A stretch of DNA of 64,000 nt from Syntrophorhabdaceae bacterium (lineage in GTDB: Bacteria; Desulfobacterota; Syntrophorhabdia; Syntrophorhabdales; Syntrophorhabdaceae), in contig CAXXUO010000001.1 of assembly GCA_963666485.2 (NCBI GenBank), positions 288,001 through 352,000 on the forward strand, in the 5' to 3' direction. Below, one piece after another: positions 40,822 through 48,653 of the stretch. The stretch's first letter is position 1. Each line of letters begins with the position of its first letter. The position numbers and the translations under genes were made by a program. Below the pieces are notes generated by a model. That model made no database searches. It had not been told where the DNA came from and saw nothing but the letters and a program-made list of their open reading frames with translations.

Positions 40822-41739
40822 ATGATTGAAACACGAACAGTATTTGTTCTGGGTGCTGGTGCAAGTATCCCATACGGTTACCCTTCGGGCGCTGGGCTGA
40901 AAGACCGTATATGTTCGGAATTTATACGTGACATCGAAAAATTTCACGATAGAGATCCCGAAGCACGTAATTCAATGAAGCGGTTCTTCGATAAACGAGC
41001 TGAGTTTGTTGATAGTTTCAAAAGATCGCGGGTGACATCAATTGATAGATGGCTTTTATCGAACACAGATTGTAGTGAAATAGGCAAATTAGCAATTGCC
41101 AATTCGATTATCAGATGCGAAAGTCCTGATATGTTATTCCCGAGTAGAGATATTGACTGGTTCACAGTTCTTTTTAATGAGATCATAAAAGAAGCAGAAA
41201 CCCCCGAACAATGCAGCCTAACGAAAATAGGGTTTATCACATTCAATTACGATAGATTATTGGAACATTTATTTTATGAAAGTTTTACACATACCTATAG
41301 AAATATCGAAAAAGAAAAAATCGATGCAGCTTTAAAAGAACTCCAAATTTATCATATTTATGGTGCAATTGAGAATCCCCCGTGGCAAAAAGGAATTTCA
41401 TTCAATTACGGAAGCCAATACAAATTTGATTTTATAAATCCTGCAAAGGATCGTATTCGGGTAATTGGTGAAAGAATTGATTCTTCTTTAGGAAATATTC
41501 ACGACTTATTATCAAAAGCAGATAGAATATTTTTTCTCGGATTTGGTTTTGACCCTCAGAATCTTAAAATGTTGAGGGCATCGGATATTTTTCCTATGGT
41601 ATCTGAAATTTATGGCACTGCATACACGTTTTATGACAATGAAATAGCAGATGTACTTAAAAGGACGAATCATAACGCAAAGATTGAACCATGTGAAAGC
41701 GTTGAACTTCTGCGCAAATATTTTATCGGACGAAGTTAA
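40822..41739 (+). CDS. SIR2-like domain protein
   Basis: VFVLGAGAS, ITFNYDRLLE, HIYG, FLGFGF. Confidence 0.8.
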   Translation: MIETRTVFVLGAGASIPYGYPSGAGLKDRICSEFIRDIEKFHDRDPEARNSMKRFFDKRAEFVDSFKRSRVTSIDRWLLSNTDCSEIGKLAIANSIIRCESPDMLFPSRDIDWFTVLFNEIIKEAETPEQCSLTKIGFITFNYDRLLEHLFYESFTHTYRNIEKEKIDAALKELQIYHIYGAIENPPWQKGISFNYGSQYKFDFINPAKDRIRVIGERIDSSLGNIHDLLSKADRIFFLGFGFDPQNLKMLRASDIFPMVSEIYGTAYTFYDNEIADVLKRTNHNAKIEPCESVELLRKYFIGRS

Positions 41740-41840
41740 TATTATCTTGTGGTTAGAAATTGGTTAGAAAATATCCCAAATAGACAAACCAATCCCCATC
41801 CTTTGTTATCCTATCCTATCGATTGTATTGAGATTTAAAT

Positions 41841-41915
41841 TGGAGGCGGCATCCGGATTTGAACCGGAGAATAACGGTTTTGCAGACCGTCGCCTTACCA
41901 CTTGGCTATGCCGCC
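41841..41915 (-). tRNA. tRNA-Cys(GCA)
   Basis: GGCGGCATAGCCAAGTGGTAAGGCGACGGTCTGCAAAACCGTTATTCTCCGGTTCAAATCCGGATGCCGCCTCCA. Confidence 0.97.
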
Positions 41916-42039
41916 GCTTTGAGGCGGAGTTAAAAATTTTAAGCGGGTCCTTGGACCCGCGTGATTTCGTATGGAGCGGGAGTCCTCACCCGCTACATTC
42001 CTTATTATAACAAGCGAGCTATGCTCGCCGATTAATCTA

Positions 42040-42114
<75 letters not shown>

Positions 42115-42125
42115 GCGTGTTGTTT

Positions 42126-42155
42126 TTTATAATATAAACCTGTCCCGCATGTCAA
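42126..42155 (-). promoter_or_regulatory. sigma70-type promoter of tRNA-Gly/Cys
   Basis: TTGACA then TATATTATAAA AT-rich -10 region just upstream of tRNA-Gly. Confidence 0.5.
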
Positions 42156-42218
42156 GACGGAAAAGGGACACGGCGGAATCCGGCCTGCGTACATTTCGGC
42201 TACAGCGCAATTCGGAAG

Positions 42219-42578
42219 CTAGACCTTTGCGTAGTCGGCCATTCCCTGGAAATCGATGAGCACGACGGGTTCATTGCCCACTACCCAGGCGTCGTGGCCG
42301 ACCGGGAGCATCGAAACATCGCCCGGTTTACCTTCGAGCCGGGTACCGTCGTCCATAACGATCATGATTGTCCCCGAAACGTGGTATTGAAAGTGGGGCG
42401 CCTCGCACGATTTAGTCTTCGCTATTGGCTTAACCGATTCAGACCACTTCCAGCCCGGCTCGAGGGTCGTCCTGCCTATCACCCTTCCGCCGATGTTGAT
42501 GAGCTCCAGTTTGCCTTTGGGAAATGTACGCACCTCATCCGGTTCCTGAAAAGTTTTTTTCTCGGCTTTATCGGGCAT
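42219..42578 (-). CDS. cupin domain protein
   Basis: LEPGWKWSESVKP, CEAPHFQYHVSG, GHDAWVVG; AGGAGG RBS. Confidence 0.88.
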   Translation of the reverse strand: MPDKAEKKTFQEPDEVRTFPKGKLELINIGGRVIGRTTLEPGWKWSESVKPIAKTKSCEAPHFQYHVSGTIMIVMDDGTRLEGKPGDVSMLPVGHDAWVVGNEPVVLIDFQGMADYAKV

Positions 42579-42642
42579 ATGCCTCCTCCTTGCCTTCGAT
42601 CGGGCCATTTTCAGACCATATGAAGAAGTTAAGACCGTGACG

Positions 42643-43524
42643 TCAATGCGCAAGTGAGAGGACCTCCAGGACCGCATTATTCCATCCCGCCGGCCCGGGG
42701 CCGCCGGCCTTCTCAAAGTTGTATCTTTCGAGTTCGGGATCGTAGGAGCCATCGGGCTTTTGAACTATGATCGGGACATCAACGGCCTGAAGCATGGACA
42801 GGTCACTCAGGCTGTCCCCCAAGGCGACGGTGAGCACCCTGCCGCGTTCGCGGCGGTACATGCCTGTAAGTACCGACACCGCCCTGCCCTTATCAGTCTG
42901 ACCGGAGATATGGAACAGGGACGCCCGGGTCAGGCGAAAACCCCGCTCCTGTATGATCTCGTCCATCTTTTGGACATCATGGATGCTTCCCCGGAAAACG
43001 AAGGGCTCATCAAATTCGCGTCTCGCGGCGAGGAGTGCCTCATCCACCGGCAGGCGGGTAAGGCTTGCAATCTCGGCGACCGGCATATCGCCGAACCCGC
43101 GTACATCGAACCCCCGGGCCCGCAATTCCTTCACTGCCTCGCGCACCTCCCGGTATGGCGCACCGAGCCGGATAACGTGGAACTGCCCATCGATTTCGCC
43201 GCGCCCCGCCAGGCCCTGCGTCCCCGGAGAAAAATATCCGCGGGGAATGAAGATCGCGCCCCCGTTTTCCGATACAAAAGGGTCCGAAATTGCCAGGGCC
43301 TCCCGGTAATGCTCGATCTCGGCCCGCGTCTTGCTCGAACATATCACGAGGGGAATGTTTCTTTTCCGGACAGCGTCAAGCGCCTCGTCTGCGGCATGGT
43401 GCGAATAGTGCCCGTCGAGGAGCGTCCCGTCGAGGTCCGTAAAGACAACGATGCCGGGGGACGTCGCGGATGTTTGTCCGGCGCGGTTTCGCATTTCGGC
43501 CCGGTCGACAGCCCTGTTGGTCAT
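42643..43524 (-). CDS. HAD-IIB mannosyl/glucosyl-3-phosphoglycerate phosphatase (MpgP/GpgP/YedP family)
   Basis: FTDLDGTLL, SSKTRAE, SENG, RREFDEP, DKGRA, GDSLSD, GPAGWN. Confidence 0.9.
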   Translation of the reverse strand: MTNRAVDRAEMRNRAGQTSATSPGIVVFTDLDGTLLDGHYSHHAADEALDAVRKRNIPLVICSSKTRAEIEHYREALAISDPFVSENGGAIFIPRGYFSPGTQGLAGRGEIDGQFHVIRLGAPYREVREAVKELRARGFDVRGFGDMPVAEIASLTRLPVDEALLAARREFDEPFVFRGSIHDVQKMDEIIQERGFRLTRASLFHISGQTDKGRAVSVLTGMYRRERGRVLTVALGDSLSDLSMLQAVDVPIIVQKPDGSYDPELERYNFEKAGGPGPAGWNNAVLEVLSLAH

Positions 43525-43618
43525 ACATATATTATGCTACCTCCGGGGGGCCAAAGGAACCATCCCCCGGAGACGCGGCAAAGTTTTACGCTCGTATGAC
43601 CGTACAGGGGGACGACAG

Positions 43619-44836
43619 GTGTCGGACTTTTTTCAGACCGGCGGAATTGCTACCCTGCATAAACTGGGGAAGAACAATCTCGACGAGCTCGAGTCGAGGC
43701 TGACGCGGTACGCCAAGGACAGGCCCATTGCACTCGTGCTCCCCTCCCTCTTCAGCGAGATAAACGGCCCGGCGTTACAAACGATCCTCAATGAGCTCAT
43801 GACGGCCGATTACATAAGCGAGGTCGTCGTGACCTTAGGCCCCGCTTCAGAGGCTGAGTTCGACATGGCCCGCCGGTTCTTTTCGCCTCTCCCGCAAAAA
43901 ACGTGCGTTATCTGGAATACGGGGAAAAGGATGAGGAAACTGTACCGCGCCATAGAGGGTGAAGAATTGCCCACGGGCTCAGACGGCAAGGGCCGGTCCG
44001 TCTGGATGGCGTACGGGTATGTGCTCGCGCGGCATGAGTTCAACGCCATCGTCCTGCATGACTGTGACATCGTCTCCTACTCCCGCGAAATGCTGGCGCG
44101 GCTGTGCTACCCCGTCATGAACCCCGGCCTCGACTACGATTTCTGCAAGGGCTACTATGCCCGCGTGACGGACAAGATGCACGGGCGCGTGACGAGGCTT
44201 TTCGTGGCCCCTCTCATCAGGGCCCTGCAGACCATGATCGGTTTTCATCCACTCCTCGTTTTCTTCGACAGCTTTCGCTACATACTTTCCGGCGAATTCT
44301 CCATGAGCGTCAACCTTGCCCGGATCAACAAGATACCGGGCGACTGGGGCCTCGAGGTGGGCACGCTGGCGGAGGTCTACAAGAACACCTCCATCAATCG
44401 GGTCTGCCAGGTCGACATATCGGACAGCTACGAGCACAAACACCAGGAGCTGTCCCCGGACGACGCGTCGAAAGGGCTTAACAGGATGTGCATCGATATT
44501 GCCAAATTGATCTTCCGGACGCTGGCATCCGAAGGCATCGTCTTCTCGGACGGCTTCTTCAAGACGCTCCTGGCCACGTATTCCCGCACCGCCCAGGATG
44601 TCCTGAAGCGTTACGAGGACGATGCGTCGATCAACGGCCTGAATTTTGACCGCCACATGGAAAGCCTTTCCATCGAGACATTTACGAACGGGATAAAGAT
44701 CGCGTCCGGGGTGATCATGAAGGACCCCCTCGGCGTCTCCCTTCTTTCAAGCTGGGACCGCGTTATAGCCGCAGTGCCCGATATACTCGACAAGATATGC
44801 GAGGCAGTGAACGAGGACAACCGGAAAGGAAGATAA
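43619..44836 (+). CDS. glycosyltransferase, probable glucosyl-3-phosphoglycerate synthase
   Basis: DFFQTGGIATLH, GKGRSVW, HDCDI, GRVTRL, DWGLEVG, YEHKHQ; divergent from the phosphatase. Confidence 0.8.
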   Translation: MSDFFQTGGIATLHKLGKNNLDELESRLTRYAKDRPIALVLPSLFSEINGPALQTILNELMTADYISEVVVTLGPASEAEFDMARRFFSPLPQKTCVIWNTGKRMRKLYRAIEGEELPTGSDGKGRSVWMAYGYVLARHEFNAIVLHDCDIVSYSREMLARLCYPVMNPGLDYDFCKGYYARVTDKMHGRVTRLFVAPLIRALQTMIGFHPLLVFFDSFRYILSGEFSMSVNLARINKIPGDWGLEVGTLAEVYKNTSINRVCQVDISDSYEHKHQELSPDDASKGLNRMCIDIAKLIFRTLASEGIVFSDGFFKTLLATYSRTAQDVLKRYEDDASINGLNFDRHMESLSIETFTNGIKIASGVIMKDPLGVSLLSSWDRVIAAVPDILDKICEAVNEDNRKGR

Positions 44837-44839
44837 GAT

Positions 44840-45532
44840 ATGGAAGAACATTCAACACACGAAGATCAACGCACGTTCGAATTCCGGCAATGCGTGACCA
44901 TCCTGAAGGCCACGGGCTTAAAGGCATCGAACATCAGGGAGCTGGCACAGGGGATCTCCACGGTCAGCGATGAATCCATATTCCACCACACATACCAGTA
45001 CTTCCTGAAAGAGCACATCCTGGAATACACAAATGACTTTGCGCACTGGGCCGGAGAGAGCCTGGAGGAACGGGCAGTTGCGGAAGAGCTTTCAAATGTG
45101 GACCCGTACGGTTTTTCCACGATCGCAGACTTAAGGTCGGCCCTCCTTTCGGTCATCGATTCCTGCCTCGAGGCCATGCCGCAGGACCGGTATGCACGTC
45201 CGGGAGATGAGTTCTTTTTTAACGAAACGATAACGTATGTCTTCCCGGCAGGCGTCTGGGCGCGAAACCTGGCTGAATTTATGATGGCCTTGAAATTCGT
45301 CGATCACGAGAGCATCTATTATCATTTTTACGAGGCCCGCACCCGCGTATCCGGGGGGATGGACGATTTCTCGCTGTGGATCGGTGAGGCCCTCCAGAAA
45401 ACCAAGCTCGCCGAAAAACTCAGGGCGATAGACCCCTTCATGCACAACACCGAAGAGATCCGCACGCACATCTCCACGATCCTCATGGAGGAAGTGAGCA
45501 GGGACATGGAACGCATGGGGGTGGACCTGTGA
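44840..45532 (+). CDS. DUF5752 family protein (TreT-associated)
   Basis: SIFHHT, NDFAHW, SIYYHFYEAR, DDFSLWI; precedes TreT-like gene. Confidence 0.85.
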   Translation: MEEHSTHEDQRTFEFRQCVTILKATGLKASNIRELAQGISTVSDESIFHHTYQYFLKEHILEYTNDFAHWAGESLEERAVAEELSNVDPYGFSTIADLRSALLSVIDSCLEAMPQDRYARPGDEFFFNETITYVFPAGVWARNLAEFMMALKFVDHESIYYHFYEARTRVSGGMDDFSLWIGEALQKTKLAEKLRAIDPFMHNTEEIRTHISTILMEEVSRDMERMGVDL

Positions 45533-46743
45533 TAGAACGGTATGCCGGGATCTCACCGAAAGGCGATCTCCTGCTCCTGAGGAAGCTCGCGGACAGGCTG
45601 GCGGGCAAGACCTTCCTCCACATCAACTCCACGCGCGAGGGCGGCGGGGTCGCGGAGATACTCCAGAGAATGATACCCATCATGGCCTCGCTCGGGATCA
45701 AGGCCCGCTGGGATGTCATCACGGGCGACGACAGGTTCTTCGATATGACCAAGAAGGTCCACAATGCCCTGCAGGGATATCCTGAAACTATAGACGAGGC
45801 CATGTGGGACCATCACCGCGCCGTCAACGGATCGAACGCGTCCTGGCTCGATCTCGAAGCGGATGCTGCGGTCATCCACGATCCGCAGCCGGTGCCGCTC
45901 ATCGATTTTCGCCGCGGGGACGGGGTCTGGATATGGCGGTGCCATATCGATGTATCGAACCCCGAAAAAGACGTGTTCCGGAAAATCGGTACGTACGTCG
46001 AAAAATTCGACGCCGCGCTGTATTCCGTGTCACGTTTTGCCGGCGGCATGAGCAGGAACGAGTTCATCATCTCGCCGTCCATAGACCCTCTCGCCGAGAA
46101 GAACCGGGCGTTGAGCCAGGCGGAGATCGAAGAGAGCGCCGCAAGGCTCGGCATCCCGCTCGACCGGCCCGTCGTGCTCCAGGTTTCCCGCTTCGACAGG
46201 TTCAAGGACCCCACGGGCGTCATACTCGCCTACCGGAAGGTGAAAAAATATAATGATTGCGTCCTGGTGCTCGCCGGGAGCCCGGCGACCGACGATCCCG
46301 AGGGTGCGCATGTGCTGAACGAGGTCCGCGAATTCGCATCCGACGATCCCGACATCAAGATCCTTCTTTTGCCGCCCTTCAGCGACAAAGACATCAATGC
46401 ACTGCAAAGCATCGCCAGGGTCATTCTCCAGAAATCTCTCAAGGAGGGGTTCGGCCTGACCGTCACAGAAGGGATGTGGAAGGGCAAGCCCGTCATAGGC
46501 GGGGCTGCGGGAGGCATCCCGCTGCAGATAACCCACGGTGTAACGGGGTTCCTCGTACATTCCATCGAGGGGGCTGCCTTCAGGATACGCCAGCTCCTGA
46601 ACAACAGCGACATGGCGGAAAGGATGGGCCAGCAGGCGCGCGAATATGTCCGCCGGCATTTTCTCATAACAAGACAGGTCAGGGACCACCTGGCCGTCTG
46701 GTACTCGCTTTCCGGGGGAACAAAAAGCCTTGTAGAATTATAG
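45529..46743 (+). CDS. treT: trehalose synthase TreT-type GT4 glycosyltransferase
   Basis: HINSTREGGGVAE, HDPQP, WRCHID, QVSRFDRFKDP, EGFGLTVTEGMWK. Confidence 0.85.
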   Translation: MIERYAGISPKGDLLLLRKLADRLAGKTFLHINSTREGGGVAEILQRMIPIMASLGIKARWDVITGDDRFFDMTKKVHNALQGYPETIDEAMWDHHRAVNGSNASWLDLEADAAVIHDPQPVPLIDFRRGDGVWIWRCHIDVSNPEKDVFRKIGTYVEKFDAALYSVSRFAGGMSRNEFIISPSIDPLAEKNRALSQAEIEESAARLGIPLDRPVVLQVSRFDRFKDPTGVILAYRKVKKYNDCVLVLAGSPATDDPEGAHVLNEVREFASDDPDIKILLLPPFSDKDINALQSIARVILQKSLKEGFGLTVTEGMWKGKPVIGGAAGGIPLQITHGVTGFLVHSIEGAAFRIRQLLNNSDMAERMGQQAREYVRRHFLITRQVRDHLAVWYSLSGGTKSLVEL

Positions 46744-46796
46744 GGTACGGTTTACCCGGCATTGCGCGCTTCAGCCCACTGAATTAGTAGATAGAG

Positions 46797-48653
46797 ATGA
46801 GGACACCTCAGCAGCCGTGCGCCTTAACGCCGGTGGGCGCGCTTCCGGATAAAGGCGGAGGGACATTCTTTCGCGTATGGGCCCCTTTTGCCAACCAGGT
46901 CCTCGTACAAATCGCCAGGGACGGTAAGAAAAGGCTCGTTCCCCTGAAAATAGAGGACCGGGGATATTTCACGAACAGGGTCGAGGATGTCCGTGACGGG
47001 GACATATACCGTTATGTGGTCGACGGCAGTGAACTGCCCGACCCGGCGTCCCGCTTTCAGCCCGAGGGTGTCCACGGGCCCTCGCAGGTGGTCGATCATT
47101 CGCTCTTTCGATGGGATGATCGTGCCCGGCACGCCATCCCGGCGGAGCAGTACGTCATATACGAACTCCACGTGGGGACGTTTACCCGGGAAGGAACATT
47201 TGACGCGATCATACAATGTCTCGATTATCTCAAGGAGCTCGGGGTTACCGCCATCGAGATCATGCCGGTGGGCCAGTTCCCGGGAGAGCGTAACTGGGGG
47301 TATGACGGGACGTACCCCTTTGCTCCGCAAAATTCGTACGGGGGGCCGACGGGACTCAAGGCACTCGTCAACGCATGCCATGCCGCGGGCCTCGCGGTCA
47401 TCCTTGACGTCGTCTACAATCATCTCGGGCCCGAAGGGAACTACACCGGCCGCTTCGGGCCGTATTTTACGGACAGGTACCGTACGCCGTGGGGCGATGC
47501 CATAAATTTCGACGGGCCGTTAAGCGACGAGGTGCGGAACTTCTACATACAGAATGCGGTCGACTGGATCAGGCATTACCACATCGATGCGCTGAGGCTC
47601 GATGCGATCCACGGTATTTACGACTTCAGCGCCCGGACGTTTCTCGAAGACCTCGTCACGACCGTCGACGGGGAATTTGGCGGCGGCACCGTGCCATTCC
47701 TCATCGCCGAGAGCGACCTGAACGACATCGGCGTCATAACACCGCAGGCGTGCGGGGGCCGGGGATTTCATGCACAGTGGAACGACGACTTTCACCATGC
47801 GCTCCATGCCCTGCTTACCGGCGAAAAAGCGGGCTATTACGAGGATTTCGGCAGCCTCGCCGACATGGCGAAAACGGTGCGGCAGGGATATATCTACACG
47901 GGACAGTTCTCCCGATATCGCCGGAAAAGGCACGGCACCCCGTCCGCGCACAGGCCCTGCCGGCAGTTTATTGTCTTTTCCCAGAACCACGACCAGGTCG
48001 GCAACAGGGCCTCAGGCGAGAGGCTGACAAGTCTCGTATCTGACGATAGGCTTCGCATGGCGGCGATGATGGTCCTCATGTCACCCTCGATCCCCCTTCT
48101 GTTCATGGGTGAAGAGTACGGGGAGACCGCGCCGTTTCTTTACTTCGTGAGCCATGGCGATGAGGAGCTTGTCGAGGCCGTGAGGATCGGACGGGCCGAA
48201 GAGTTCGCATCCTTTCACGGGCGCTTCACCCCTGCGGACCCCCAGTCAGCCGAGACCTTCCGGAGGTCGAGGGTCAACCGGGACCTGCGGCTCATCCGGC
48301 CCCATTCCCGGCTGCACGCGTTCTACAGGCATCTTCTGGAACTGCGAAGGTCCTTACGGCCCTGGGACATAAAAGAAAACTGGCCGCGCGTCGAGTCATG
48401 GACCGGGAATCAGGCACTGCGCATCGTCCTGCTGACAGGGGCAGAAGAGAAGCTCGCGTATCTCTTTAATTTCGGTACGGAGGCCATGAGCGTTTCCCCC
48501 GGGCTGCCGGATGGGGCGTGGGTCAAACTCGCCGACACCTTGTCGCAGCGATGGGGCGGGGACGGCGAGACGGCACCCGTGCGGGTGCAAACAGGGAACG
48601 CGCAGATACCGCTCGGCCCGCTCAACGCAGTCGTATACCGAAAGGAGAATTGA
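46797..48653 (+). CDS. treZ: malto-oligosyltrehalose trehalohydrolase
   Basis: FRVWAP, PDPASRFQPEGVHGPS, YELHVGTF, WGYDG, DVVYNH, RLDAIH, QNHDQVGNR. Confidence 0.95.
   Translation: MRTPQQPCALTPVGALPDKGGGTFFRVWAPFANQVLVQIARDGKKRLVPLKIEDRGYFTNRVEDVRDGDIYRYVVDGSELPDPASRFQPEGVHGPSQVVDHSLFRWDDRARHAIPAEQYVIYELHVGTFTREGTFDAIIQCLDYLKELGVTAIEIMPVGQFPGERNWGYDGTYPFAPQNSYGGPTGLKALVNACHAAGLAVILDVVYNHLGPEGNYTGRFGPYFTDRYRTPWGDAINFDGPLSDEVRNFYIQNAVDWIRHYHIDALRLDAIHGIYDFSARTFLEDLVTTVDGEFGGGTVPFLIAESDLNDIGVITPQACGGRGFHAQWNDDFHHALHALLTGEKAGYYEDFGSLADMAKTVRQGYIYTGQFSRYRRKRHGTPSAHRPCRQFIVFSQNHDQVGNRASGERLTSLVSDDRLRMAAMMVLMSPSIPLLFMGEEYGETAPFLYFVSHGDEELVEAVRIGRAEEFASFHGRFTPADPQSAETFRRSRVNRDLRLIRPHSRLHAFYRHLLELRRSLRPWDIKENWPRVESWTGNQALRIVLLTGAEEKLAYLFNFGTEAMSVSPGLPDGAWVKLADTLSQRWGGDGETAPVRVQTGNAQIPLGPLNAVVYRKEN

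Larger units (their letters stand above)
32211..41885. mobile_element. integrative element (about 9.6 kb) at tRNA-Cys with integrase, Rep and defence-like cargo
   Basis: Bounded by 45-bp direct repeats; AT-rich cargo; intact tyrosine integrase. Confidence 0.9.

Noticed and set aside
32211..41885. Prophage or complete Gabija/retron call
   Set aside because: No structural genes, UvrD helicase or reverse transcriptase recognised
41828..42010. 60-aa ORF, and similar ORF at 32114-32296
   Set aside because: Translations of antisense tRNA-Cys/att sequence
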